Shown here piece after piece: positions 1-10,406 of a stretch of 36,574 nucleotides of DNA. The stretch comes from Chrysochromulina tobinii (lineage: Eukaryota), in NCBI GenBank assembly GCA_001275005.1, contig JWZX01002989.1:1-36574 (forward strand), given 5' to 3'. The notes beneath the pieces were generated by a model, which was not told the origin of the DNA, ran no database searches, and saw nothing but the letters and a program-made list of their open reading frames with translations. Position numbers and translations under genes: made by a program. Position 1 is the first letter of the stretch, and every line of letters starts with the position of its first letter.

Positions 1-86
1 TCCCCCCTGGCCGGGCTCCTGATGGCTCCGCTGTCTGTCTCTTCACGCGGTGGTTCACGGCCGCTTAACCGTTGGGGTCAAGCGGC

Positions 87-1880
87 ATGATTTCACACTC
101 GACACCTTCACAGAAGGCCCCTACACTTTCCCTGCCCCTGGGGTTCGGAAACAAAAGATGGGGGTCTGGGCTTGAGATGCAGCTCGCAGCTTCGGCGGCG
201 TCTGCTCGTAATGAGATGCAGCAGCTGCAGGCGCAGCATTACCAGCAGTACCAGCAGTACCCGCAGGGCCAGCAGTATCAGCAGTACCAGTACCAGCAGT
301 ACCCGCAGCAGTACCAGCAGTACCAACAGTACCAGCAGTACGCACCGCCGATGTCTTCCATTGCGCCATTTCCAAATGGCGCGCTGCCGCCGCCTGTGTC
401 TGCGTTCGCCTCCCTTAGCCATGGTGCAGCGCCACCGCCCGCGTTCGCCTTCGCCCCACAATTCAGCAATGCCGTGGGGCCACCCCTCCCCTTCGTCACC
501 ACCACCGTCGCCGCCACCTCCATCGCCACCACCGCCATTACCGCCCCCGCCATCACCTCCAACACCGTCGTCGCCTCCTCCTTCTCCGCCCACATCGCCA
601 CCGCACCCAAGCCCGCCTCCTTTTCCCCCGCCCCCATCGCCGCCGCCTTAACCTCCACCGCCATCGCCACCGCCCTCGCCAGCGCCCTCGAGGCCAGGGC
701 GACCGCGGCGACGGCCGAGGGGCTCGCGCTGGTGCCATCGTCGAGCAGTGAGACGGGCTTCAAACGCGTGATCAAGAATCGTGGCAAGTTTGAGACGCGG
801 ATCTTAGAGAACGGCAAGCTGCGCCGCCTTGGCCGCTTTGAGACGCCTGAGGAAGCGGCCATGTGCTACGCGATACACGTTGGGGCGGAGCGAGCGGCGG
901 CAGAGGCGGCGTTGGCGAGGAAAGAAGCTGAGGAAGCGGCCTTGTGCTACACCATGCACGTTGGGGCGCAGCGAGCGGCGGCGGAGGCGGCGGAGTCGCC
1001 AGCGGCGGCGGAGGCGAGGGTCAGAAAGGCTCAGCCGATGACGTCCGAAGAGGCCAGGGCGATCGCGGCGGCCGAGGGGCTCGAGCTGGTGCCGTTCTCG
1101 AGCGGTGAGACGGGCTTCAAGTGCGTGAGCAAGACTTATGGCAAGCTCGGAAACATAAAGTACGCGACGCGCATCAGCGCCAATGGCAAGCTGCGCCATC
1201 TCGGCGTGTTCTCGACTCCGGAGGAGGCGGCCTTGTGCTACGCGAGGTACATCGGGGCGGAGCGAGCAGCGGCGGAGGCGGCGGCGGCGGAGCTGGCGGC
1301 GGCCAAGGCCGCAGCATCGCCGCCGCTCACAGCGGACGAGGCCTGGGCGATCGCGGCGGCCGAGGGGCTCGAGCTGGTGCCGTCGTCGAGCAATGAGACG
1401 GGCTTTAAGTGCGTGAGCAAGAATTGGGGCAAGTACAAGGTGCAGACGAGCGAGAATGGCAAGCTGCGCCACCTCGGCAACTTTTCGACTCCGGAGGAGG
1501 CGGCCTTGGAGTACGCGAGGCACGTTGGGGCGGAGCGAGCGGCGGCGGAGGCGGCGGAGGCGAGGGGCGAAGGGTCGCAGCCGCTCACGGCGGACAATGC
1601 CAGGGCGGCCCTGGCGGCCGAGGCGAAGAGCGAGGCCGAGGCTCAGGCACGACTGTGTGAGCTCGAGGATGAGCTCGACGAAGAGGAGATACTTGTGCTC
1701 GAGACGGCGCTGGGGGTCAAGAGGGTTCCCTCGGCCGCTGCCTTTGTGGCAGCGCTGCAGGCGTGTGATCAGCAAGGCACGTTGGGGCGGAGCGATCGGT
1801 GGAAGAGGCAGCGGAGGCCAGGCACTCCGACCCTCGCGCCGCCAGGTCCCATTTGCGTGATACAGGTCCCTCTTCGCTGA
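87..1880 (+). CDS. AP2/ERF-like DNA-binding repeat protein (three repeats) with Q/Y-rich and Pro/Ala/Thr-rich N-terminus
   Basis: First in-frame ATG is at 87 (the ORF track starts at TTG 72). There are three copies of AEGL(A/E)LVPxSSxETGFKxV...NGKLRxLGxFxTPEEAAxxYAxxxGAERAAAEA at ~715-910, ~1070-1280 and ~1360-1560. The LGxFxTxEEAAxxY motif is characteristic of AP2-type domains. Confidence 0.75.
   Translation: MISHSTPSQKAPTLSLPLGFGNKRWGSGLEMQLAASAASARNEMQQLQAQHYQQYQQYPQGQQYQQYQYQQYPQQYQQYQQYQQYAPPMSSIAPFPNGALPPPVSAFASLSHGAAPPPAFAFAPQFSNAVGPPLPFVTTTVAATSIATTAITAPAITSNTVVASSFSAHIATAPKPASFSPAPIAAALTSTAIATALASALEARATAATAEGLALVPSSSSETGFKRVIKNRGKFETRILENGKLRRLGRFETPEEAAMCYAIHVGAERAAAEAALARKEAEEAALCYTMHVGAQRAAAEAAESPAAAEARVRKAQPMTSEEARAIAAAEGLELVPFSSGETGFKCVSKTYGKLGNIKYATRISANGKLRHLGVFSTPEEAALCYARYIGAERAAAEAAAAELAAAKAAASPPLTADEAWAIAAAEGLELVPSSSNETGFKCVSKNWGKYKVQTSENGKLRHLGNFSTPEEAALEYARHVGAERAAAEAAEARGEGSQPLTADNARAALAAEAKSEAEAQARLCELEDELDEEEILVLETALGVKRVPSAAAFVAALQACDQQGTLGRSDRWKRQRRPGTPTLAPPGPICVIQVPLR
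235..341 (+). repeat. Coding CAG/TAC microsatellite encoding a QQY-rich tract
   Basis: Repeated cagcagtac units within the first CDS. Confidence 0.85.
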
Positions 1881-1910
1881 CGGGACGAGGCAGGCGAATC
1901 GACGCCGAAA

Positions 1911-2360
1911 GGTGAACATGCATGCGAATCCATCGTGATGCCCCGAGGCCAATGGATCGTCGGCAAATGATGAACATCCGGGTTACAGGAAACTATGAGA
2001 AGACACAAGAAGGCGCAGCTCATCTATTGCGAGAGCGACTTCCAGGAAACTAAGAGAACACAGAAGAAGGCGCAGCTCGTCTATTGCGAGAGCGACTTCC
2101 AGGAAACTAAGAGAATACACAAGAAGGCGCAGCTCGTCTATTGCGAGAGCGACTTCCAACGCAAATGGTGAACATGCGAAGCCGTCGTGATGCCCCGAGG
2201 CCGATGGATCGACGGAAAATAGCACGAGGCGGACGGATAGACATGCGAAGCCATCGTGATGCCCACGAGGCCAATGGAGCGCATAACGAGCTGCCGGAGC
2301 CGACGATGCCTGAGGCAGGCGGGTGCTGGGGGAGGTGCTGAGGAAGACATGCGAATCCAC
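1911..2360. repeat. Dispersed ~45-55 bp direct repeats flanking the 57-bp array
   Basis: acatgcgaa(t/g)cc(a/g)tcgtgatgccc..gaggcc(a/g)atgga occurs at ~1915-1957, ~2172-2208 and ~2241-2278, with a partial copy at ~2347-2359. Confidence 0.75.
1986..2157. repeat. 57-bp tandem repeat, 3 copies
   Basis: Unit caggaaacta(t/a)gagaa.aca.aagaaggcgcagctc(a/g)tctattgcgagagcgacttc begins at 1986, 2043 and 2100. Confidence 0.9.
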
Positions 2361-3822
2361 GGGAGCCGCCGGTGCCTATTTGCTATGAGGCCGGCGACCG
2401 CACTGTGCTTGCACAGAGACGACCTGTCCTCATATTGAATTGCGAAGCGGCACGGCAGGTGCTACAGTACATCTACATGTAGAGGAGTAGAGCGGCAGGA
2501 AGGTGCTGGTGTGGTCATGTCTCATGAGTGTGGTGTGTCGTTCCCATGGTCGTTCCGTGTGCGTGGACTCGTGAATTCTTATCGTATATAAAGCTCCCTG
2601 CCCAACCCCATTCGACGTCATAGCTAACCTCGGTAATCCTGGGCTCTATAAAAGCCCTGGGCGCTCGGCCGTCTTACTTTCCTCAATAACGAATCAGGAG
2701 CCTGGAGGCCGGTGCGCGGTGCCAGCCGCCTTCAGCTTCACGCTTGACTCAACGGTCCCTTCTGCTTCTCGGACGTGAGCTCGTTTGTCGTGTTAAGGCT
2801 TTAGGGATTGAATGTTTAGAATGCCCAATGACGCGGGAGCTCGCCATGGCGCGAGTCCCCAGATGGTCCCATATGGACGTTTCCTAATATCTTCTACTTC
2901 TTCGCTTGAGGAGCCGACTCCAAGACAGATTCAGGGACGCACTCTAATCCTACTCTCTATCCGATCATGATGAGGACGACGCAGGGGCGGAATGAGAAGG
3001 ACATAGTTACTCTTCTTCCTGATCGGCTCAACCGATGGCTCCTTGGAGGTGGACACCAATGTGCGATGAGCTGGGCCTCATGGGCTCATGAACGAGTTTG
3101 CGCTTACATGTGGAACCTACGTTGGATCAACCTCAAGGACTCCTTTCCACTTGAATTCCAATTCTCTACGTTGATTTCAACCAGACAGCGGAGCACAAAA
3201 TGTGCATCCCACATGAAGCCACGTGAAGCCACATGATGCATTCACTTTGAGCAGTATTCTACACGTCAGGCATCCGCTCTCGTGAATCCTCTCGTCACCT
3301 GTCTATCACCTGTCACATGAGGTGCCCACGGGCCCAAGTTACCTCGCGCGCGCGCGCGCCTCACGAATGATTCAGCATTCACAATCAGAAGAAATTCCGA
3401 ACAGGGGGTGTGGGGGGCACGACCCGATGGCATACCGATGGCCATCGGATGCCGTCGAGAACCTGTTTCCGATACCCGACCGATCCATTGCGCGATTTCG
3501 GTTCGCGTAACTGCCTAACCGCGTGTCTCGTGCACAACGTGTCGACCCCGTCTTGGATAACCTTACACGGGTTACGCAGAACGGGATTACCGGGGTGACG
3601 GTGTCGGGAACGGGATGATTCATTACAGCCGAGCTGCACGGCTGTCAGTTTAGCGCTGGGCCGCACCGACCGGACCGCTGCGCTGCGCTCGAACGCTCGT
3701 CGCTTTGCTCGCTGCGACTGCTCGCGTCACTTAGCGTCACTGCTCTCTGTGCACTCGCCACCTCACTCGCCCCCCCTCCACCTTCTGGCGCACTGCCCCC
3801 GTACTGCCGTGTTGCGACTCGC

Positions 3823-3862
3823 GAGGGCACCTACATGAGGGCACCTACATGAGGGCACCTAC
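3823..3862. repeat. 14-bp tandem repeat (GAGGGCACCTACAT), ~3 copies
   Basis: Copies start at 3823, 3837 and 3851. Confidence 0.85.
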
Positions 3863-3977
3863 GCGTACGCCACAGCGTCCGTCTTCGCCTCGGCCCTAGC
3901 CCGACGCCGCTCCCTGATGACGTCTGATTGCCTCCGTCATCAGGTACAAGCGTCTTCGCGCCCTAGCCCAACGCCGC

Positions 3978-6476
3978 TCACAACAGCGCGTTCGTCTGCA
4001 CGTTCGCCTGCGCGTTTGCCTGCGCGTTCGCCGCCGCCCCCGCCTCCGAGTTTGACTCCGAAACCGAGTTCGCCTCCTCAGTAGCAGCATCGCTGCCGTG
4101 CGATCGGTTGGCACCGGCGAGCGTTCCGAATCCCACAGGAAGGATCACCGGAATCAGCGACCACGCAGCGAGCATCGGGCGAGGGCGCTCCGCCGCCGAC
4201 ATCTCCGTCTCGGCTGGCACTGGCGACTCTTGCTGCGGCACCGGCGCAGACTTCGGCGCTGTCGCCTGTGGCAGCGCCGCCGTCGCCTCTGCGACAGCCG
4301 CCATTGCCTCTCGCACCGCCGCAGGCACGGCTGGCGTCGCCGTTGGCGCCGCTTCATCCGTCGCCTCTGCCATCGCTTCATCCGTCGCCGGCTTGTGTTC
4401 GGCTGCTGCGTCCAGCAGAGGCTCTGTAAGCGTCGGAGCCGCGGCCGCGATGTCCTCTGCATGGTCCTCAGCTGCCGCATCTGCCGCCGATGCTGCCTCG
4501 CCCAGCGTCACCTCCTCCGCCGTCGGTGCCACGCCTTGCTCCGCCGCCTCCGTCGGTAGGAACACCACCTCACCCACCTGCTCCGCATGCATTGGTTCCA
4601 GCGGTACCGGCGCCTCTGAAAGGGCCAGCGCCTCCGCCGCCACTGGAAACGCTGCGGGCTTGGCCACATCCACATGAGCCAGTACTGCCGCCTCAGCAGC
4701 TGCCGTCGGCTCTGTTGCCGCCACAGCCGTAGCCGCCGCCTCGGCTAGCGACGGAGCCATCGGCAACGCCTTGCAATTCCACTCCTCTGCAGGCTTCGGC
4801 TCGTCCATCTGCTCGTCCTGCAGCTTGTCCTCGAGCTCTGCACCTGGCTCCTCGGGCGCGTCCTCCGGCTCGATCTCGGGTTCAATCTCGGGCATCTCCT
4901 CATCCTCGAGCTCCATCTGGACCTCCGCGAGGGGCTTGATCTCGGGTTCAATCTCGGGTATCTCATCCTCGAGCTCCATCTTGGCCTCCGCGTGGGGCTT
5001 GATCTCAGGCATGATCTCGGGTTTCTCATCCTCATCGAGCTCCTTCTTGTCCTCCGCGAAGGACTCTAGCGATCCAAACTGTCTTGCGTCTGGTGCCGCC
5101 TCGGGTGGCGTGGATGACAGCTCCAGGGCTGGTGCGGTTGCCATGGGCGCCGTTTTGGGCGCCGTCATCGGCGCCATCATCGGCTGCGTCGCCTCCGCCG
5201 CGCCACTTGGCTGCGCGGCAGCTGGCGAGCAGGTCGCCTCGATCACACCATCGGTGCCAGCACCGTCGTAGCCGCTGATGCCGAGACGGAAGGCGCCGTC
5301 GTCGTCGCAACGGCTGCCGAGACGGCGCGCCCGCGCCCAGTCAGTCCATGAAGGGCTCGCATGCAGGCTTGTATGCAAGTTCACGCCACTCGCCGTATTG
5401 CCGTTACGCTCCAACAGCGGCGCTGCCTTGTTGGGCGTCGGGGCAAACCCTGCTTGTGCCTCTGGCGGGGCTGCCGGCGTGGACGCCGTCGCGGTCGTCG
5501 GCGTGGTCGTCGTCGCAGGCGTCGTCGCGGGCGTCGGCATCAGCACATGCGCGGCGGCGGCGGCGGCTGGAATGTGCCCTGCAGCAGCCACCGCCGCCAT
5601 AGTGCTGGCCGCCGGCACCTTCACCGGCGCCTCCTGCGCCTCGGCCGCCGCCGGCACCTCCTCGGCCGCCGGCGGCACCGCCTCGGCCGCCGGCGGCACC
5701 GCCTCGGCCGCCATTGGCACGCGCAGCGGCAGCCCGAAGAGAGGACGCTCCTCATCGATCTTGACGCGGCCGACGAGCGTCGCGAGGGACGGACGGAAGA
5801 TCGGGTCGACGTCGCCGAGGTGGTAGATGGTGCCCGAGATGGTGGTGGCCTCGCGCCCACGCACGCTCACGAGCACGCTCGAGCTCGCGAGCGAGCCGTC
5901 CGCGAGCGTGGGGTGGTTGAACACGCGCCCGCACAGGCAGTAGCCCATCTGACGAAGCTCGGGCTGCACGAGCTGCTCGAGTCGCCACTCGAGGAGAAGA
6001 GACAGGCCGGCCTCCACGCAGTGACGGAGTGCGGGCGGCGCGCGCGTGGGCACGCGAGGGAGCGATCGCCGTGGCTGCTGCTTGGTAGGCGCTGCCGCTC
6101 CGCGCCCCGCTGCACTCGCATGTGCGGGCGGCGGCGGCGGTGCAGAGTCCTGCTCGTCATCGGTCGCGTGGCGGCGCTTGAGGCCGCGCGTACCCGGCTC
6201 GCCCAGCTCGCCCGCCTGCTCTTGCAGGAAGAAGTGCACGCGCGGCGCGATCTTGAGGCAGCCACCAACCTCAACGGCGAGACCGGCGGAGATGAGGTCT
6301 CGGGTTGCTCCACGCAGTGCGGCGAAGGGAGGATCGCCGCGCTCCACGGCCGCACGGCGGAGGGTGATGCCGAGTGAGTGGTCGACGTCGCCGGAAGTCG
6401 TCAGCCACGCGCGGAGCGAGGCGACCAACAAATCGCGTAAATCGATGGCCTCATCCGGAGTCGGAGCACCAGACAT
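3978..6476 (-). CDS. Hypothetical Ala/Glu/Pro-rich low-complexity protein with one small beta-rich globular domain (SANTA-like or DUF6634-like)
   Basis: Long open frame with first ATG at 6476 (MSGAPTPDEA). Globular segment LLLEWRL...LCGRVFNHPTLADG...SSVLVSVRGREATTISGTIYHLG at ~5815-5999. Acidic ELEDE..PEIEPEIKP repeats (60/63-bp period) at ~4860-5045. Confidence 0.6.
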   Translation of the reverse strand: MSGAPTPDEAIDLRDLLVASLRAWLTTSGDVDHSLGITLRRAAVERGDPPFAALRGATRDLISAGLAVEVGGCLKIAPRVHFFLQEQAGELGEPGTRGLKRRHATDDEQDSAPPPPPAHASAAGRGAAAPTKQQPRRSLPRVPTRAPPALRHCVEAGLSLLLEWRLEQLVQPELRQMGYCLCGRVFNHPTLADGSLASSSVLVSVRGREATTISGTIYHLGDVDPIFRPSLATLVGRVKIDEERPLFGLPLRVPMAAEAVPPAAEAVPPAAEEVPAAAEAQEAPVKVPAASTMAAVAAAGHIPAAAAAAHVLMPTPATTPATTTTPTTATASTPAAPPEAQAGFAPTPNKAAPLLERNGNTASGVNLHTSLHASPSWTDWARARRLGSRCDDDGAFRLGISGYDGAGTDGVIEATCSPAAAQPSGAAEATQPMMAPMTAPKTAPMATAPALELSSTPPEAAPDARQFGSLESFAEDKKELDEDEKPEIMPEIKPHAEAKMELEDEIPEIEPEIKPLAEVQMELEDEEMPEIEPEIEPEDAPEEPGAELEDKLQDEQMDEPKPAEEWNCKALPMAPSLAEAAATAVAATEPTAAAEAAVLAHVDVAKPAAFPVAAEALALSEAPVPLEPMHAEQVGEVVFLPTEAAEQGVAPTAEEVTLGEAASAADAAAEDHAEDIAAAAPTLTEPLLDAAAEHKPATDEAMAEATDEAAPTATPAVPAAVREAMAAVAEATAALPQATAPKSAPVPQQESPVPAETEMSAAERPRPMLAAWSLIPVILPVGFGTLAGANRSHGSDAATEEANSVSESNSEAGAAANAQANAQANVQTNALL

Positions 6477-7058
6477 CGCGTCTTCGCGTGTGCAAGAGTG
6501 ACTCGCGGCAGTGCAAGTATCGACTCTCTCCGCGCATGCAAACGGAACCGAAAGAAACAAGTTTTCCGCACCGTTGAATTGTCAAGCGTCAAGTGGTGGT
6601 GTAGAGTGGTTCGAGGGAGACAGGGAGTAGGGTAGTGTAGGCGCTTACATATTGGTGGAAGCTTCAATGCACCACGCAGGGAGTCAGGGACACCGACAGC
6701 TAGTAGCTACAACATCCACAAGCACATGTTCCACGTATCTGATACGTATCTGAGTTACGTTAGTCCGCCGAGGCCGATGTGTCATATTCCGCAACATCTC
6801 GTTAACATCAAGTGCAAGAACGGTCTCGTCGTGCTGCTCGTCCTTGACGTTTCATGTAAGCTCCGATTCGCGGCGAAACCGCGGTTGGTATACCCTAAGT
6901 TGATCTGTAGGGCGTCGGGTAGGCGTCGGGCCCACTTGCACCAGCCGAAGCGCACGAGGATGATAGTCAGTTGACGAGCTCGGCCATGCGGCGGGCGGGC
7001 ACCATTTGCGTCACTGCATGCGCACGACCGAAACAGCGCGCCAAGTTTTGAAGTCAAC

Positions 7059-8025
7059 ATGTTGGACATCGACCTTTTTCGCGTCGACCGGGGCGGCAAC
7101 CCGGACATCGTGCGTGAGTCACAGCGGCGGCGCCACAAGGATGTCTCGCTGGTCGACAAGGTGATCGAGCTTGACACCGAGTGGCGCTCGACCCGCGGCG
7201 GGCTCGACAATGCCAAAAAGGTGTTGAACCAGGTCCAGAAGAAGATTGGCGAGTTCATGAAGAAGAAGGAGAGCCCGCCTCCCGAGCTGATGAAGGAGAA
7301 GCAGGATGCCGATGCCGAAATCACGAAGCTCGAGGCGAAGGAGAAGGAGCTCATCGAGGCGCGCGACAACACGCGCGTGGGCAATCTCGTGCACGAAGAC
7401 GCGCCTCTCGTGGCCGCGCCACCTGCGCAGCGCGGGCTGCCAGCAGACACGCTGCGCCGCTGCCTCATGGCCTCAGGCCTCGCCGAGCCCGTCGCCAGCG
7501 GCACCGTGCCGAGCCGCTCGTGGCGTGCGGTGGGCGACGGCTTGCTGCTCCAGCAGCAGTGGCTCTCTCACGCGCTCGCATTCGTGTCGGCGCGAGGCTT
7601 CGAGTTGCTCCACGCGCCGCTTCAGCCGTGCGCGGACCGGCTCGACAAGCTCGACAAGCTGCGCCGCGGTCGCGGCGAGCAGGGGACTGGTGTCGCTGTG
7701 CTGGCCACACGGCTCGCGACCGATCCGCTCGGCGCGTTGCATGCATGCAGGTGCGCGGATGGCCCATTGCCACTGATGGCGTGGATTGCCTCTGATTGCC
7801 CCTGATTGCCCCTGATTGCCCCTGATTGCAACTGATTGCAACTGATTGCAACTGATGGCGTGGATTGCCCCTCTACTTACCACACTGAGCGCGATGGCTC
7901 GTCTCCTTGCATGCAATGCAGCTGCCTACCGCCCACCGAGCTGCCACGTAGCTATGCCCTTCTGCGACCATATTTGGATAACTCTTCGTCGTCCTCCGCA
8001 GCCCTCGTGAACGGCGGTGGCGGCA

Positions 8026-8063
<38 letters not shown>

Positions 8064-8723
8064 TTGTCACTGCTCATCGACGCGTGCCAGGCGCCGCAGC
8101 TGAGCGCGTCTGTCATCTGTGAAGATGACGGCTCGTGCTGGGAGACTCTTGATGAGTTGATTACGATGGCCGAGCACTTGCATGCGGATCTCATCGGGCG
8201 AGATCGGCTCCAGATCGTCGAGCTCGCAACCACCGAGCTCCGCGCAGTCGAGGCGCGTGCCTATCTGCTGTGTGCCGCGCCACCGCCTAGCACGGCGCCA
8301 CCGCCCAGCACGGCGCCTCCGACCAGCACGGCGCCACCGCCCAGCACGGCGCCACCGCCCAGCACGATACCAGATGCGCCGGTCGCAGCGGCGGGCGGGC
8401 CGCCGCCCAGTACCGGTACTGGTCGTTACGGCATCGAGCTCGCTCGCATCTGGTGTGAACACGAGTACTGTGCGCGTGAACTCGGTGTGAGGTGCGGCTA
8501 CCCGTCGCTGGGCGACACAAGCCGCCGGCACGTGCACACGCTGGGCGCGGACTTGTTCTCACCCGCCGCCTGCCTGCTCGCGCTCGCGGCCGCGGCGCCC
8601 GGTACGGCGCTCGATCACGAGGAGGCGGGTCGCGCCGTGCCGAGCGCTGACCCGCGAGATGCGCTGCCGAGCACCCATCGCGCCACGTGGCTGCCAGAGA
8701 AGCATCGCCAGGGAGCGAGGTAG
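7059..8723 (+). CDS. Seryl-tRNA synthetase-like protein with degenerate catalytic domain; exons 7059-7750 and 7922-8723 (~497 aa)
   Basis: The N-terminus MLDIDLFRVDRGGNPDIVRESQRRR...VDKVIELDTEWR...GNLVHED is a well-conserved eukaryotic cytosolic SerRS arm. GT-AG intron 7751-7921 rejoins in frame (AG+C = Ser). Downstream blocks (ELPRSYA; SCWETLDELITMAEHLHADL; ELARIWCEHEYCARELGVRCG; HVHTLGADL) are collinear with the SerRS catalytic domain but lack motif 2 FRxE and the motif 3 Arg. Confidence 0.8.
7751..7921 (+). other. Spliceosomal intron (GT-AG) with CTGATTGC decamer array
   Basis: gcag|GTGCGCGGATGGCC ... atgcaatgCAG|c. Phase 2, restores the frame between ORFs 7059 and 7836. Confidence 0.85.
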
Positions 8724-9203
8724 AGAGAGATCGCTCCCGCGTCTGCGGAGCTGGCAGCTGCCTCCGAAGTTCCGTCAGTCTTTTCCGAACTGGAACTCCC
8801 CGGGCCGCTCCACCGTCCACGCTACCCGTCTCGCGTCCGTGTGGTCCCGTTAAACACGGGCAACTCACCTGTGCTCGCACAAGAACATCAAACAAGAGAA
8901 ATAGGAATAGAGCAAGCTAACCCGGATACGACGCTGCTCACACCATCACAGTCCGTGCTCTGACGAGTCAACGAGATACACAACTGAGAAGGAGCGCTGT
9001 ACTGAGCACTGGACCCACGTGCGGCTGTGCGGCTCAGCAGGGGCGCGGAGTGCGGTGGGGTGGCCAGCCGGCCACACGCAGCGTGTGCGCCGATCCCGGG
9101 GGCCTCGTAGCAACGTCTTCGGCTCGTGCTCTATCGTAGTAACGTCTTCGGCTCGTTCTCTGTGTCGCTCTGCCGCTCTCTGCCGCTCTCTGCCGCGTCT
9201 CGC

Positions 9204-10406
9204 TCACTTCCACAGCTTCTTGAGCGACGTGTTCTTCTCCGAGTCCTTCTTCATCACCTTGGCGACCGCCATCTCGAAGTCGTCCTGCGTCACGTGCACG
9301 CGCCGCTCGCGCAGCGCGAACATGCCCGCCTCCGTGCAAACGGCCTTGGTCTCGGCCCCGGAGGCCTCGTGCATCGACTTTGCAATCTTGCGAAGGTCGA
9401 TGCCGCGGGTCAGGTTCATCTTGCGACTGTGGATGGTGAGAATGTCGAGGCGCGCGTCCTCGTTCGGGTTCGGGAACTCGATCTTGCGATCGATTCGGCC
9501 CGGCCGCAGCAGCGCTTGGTCGAGGATGTCAATGCGATTCGTGGCCATGACCACTTTAATTTGGTTGGTGGCCTCGAAGCCATCCAGCTGGTTGAGGAGC
9601 TCGAGCATCGTGCGCTGGACCTCCGAGTCGCCGCCGGACTCGCCGTCCTGGCGCGCGCCGCCGATCGAGTCGATCTCGTCCATGAAGATGATCGAGGGCG
9701 CATGCTCGCGCGCCATCACGAAGAGCTCCCGTACCATGCGGGAGCCCTCGCCAATGTACTTTTGGACCAGCTCGCCGCCCGAGACACGGATGAAGGTGCA
9801 ATCCGTGTGGTGGGCGACCGCGCGCGCGAGCAGCGTCTTGCCTGTGCCTGGCGGGCCGTACATGAGCACTCCCTTGGGCTGCGCGATCCCTAGAGACTCG
9901 AAGAGCTCAGGATGCTTGATCGGCAGCTCGATCACCTCCTTGATCTCCTTGATCTGCTTGTCGCAGCCGCCAACCATGTCGTAGGTGGAGTCGGGCACCT
10001 TCTCGACCTTCATGAGCGACACGAGCGGGTCCACCTTGGATGGCAACACCAGGTGCAGCGCGTACGAGTCGTTGCGCAGTGCGACGCGGTCATTGACGTT
10101 GAGCTTGCCGATGTCGATCGACTTGTCGATGTCGACGACGTACTTGCCCTCCGGGTGAACCTTGACGAGCACCTTCTTACGCCCCATGATCGCCACGAGC
10201 TCGCCCACGTACGAGCCCGGCTCCTGCAGCAGCGACAGCTCCTCGCGCAGGTGGCGCACCATGGAGTTCAGCTCATTGCGCTGGGCCTCGAGACGACGTA
10301 GGTTTTGTGTGCGCTCGCGCACGATGACCTCGAGCTCCTCGATCTTGGCGGCGTAGTAGTTCTGGATGCCGCCCGAGGCGGACGTTGGCGCCGCCACCTT
10401 GGCCAT
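9204..10406 (-). CDS. PSMC5: 26S proteasome regulatory AAA-ATPase subunit 8 (Rpt6), 400 aa, intronless
   Basis: [45 protein letters not shown], Walker [47 protein letters not shown] and C-terminal SLKKLWK. ATG at 10406. Confidence 0.97.
   Translation of the reverse strand: MAKVAAPTSASGGIQNYYAAKIEELEVIVRERTQNLRRLEAQRNELNSMVRHLREELSLLQEPGSYVGELVAIMGRKKVLVKVHPEGKYVVDIDKSIDIGKLNVNDRVALRNDSYALHLVLPSKVDPLVSLMKVEKVPDSTYDMVGGCDKQIKEIKEVIELPIKHPELFESLGIAQPKGVLMYGPPGTGKTLLARAVAHHTDCTFIRVSGGELVQKYIGEGSRMVRELFVMAREHAPSIIFMDEIDSIGGARQDGESGGDSEVQRTMLELLNQLDGFEATNQIKVVMATNRIDILDQALLRPGRIDRKIEFPNPNEDARLDILTIHSRKMNLTRGIDLRKIAKSMHEASGAETKAVCTEAGMFALRERRVHVTQDDFEMAVAKVMKKDSEKNTSLKKLWK

Noticed and set aside
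1986..2157. 57-bp repeats as a CRISPR array
   Set aside because: The units are contiguous with no unique spacers, there are no cas genes, and the context is eukaryotic.
2430..3800. Lower-GC intergenic stretch with short ORFs, a CG run (~3346-3358) and a ~33-bp imperfect palindrome (3425-3457)
   Set aside because: I found no terminal repeats, protein motifs or RNA-gene structure I can support. It may be a decayed transposon but cannot be called.
9105..9196. 29-bp duplication and ctctgccgct repeats downstream of RPT6
   Set aside because: Simple 3'-UTR slippage repeats with no further structure.
9019..9984. Long antisense or alternative-frame ORFs (9019-9984, 11125-12156, 26361-27506, 33623-34537, 34416-35753 and many others)
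   Set aside because: These are shadow ORFs expected at high GC, opposite recognisable genes, with no motifs of their own.
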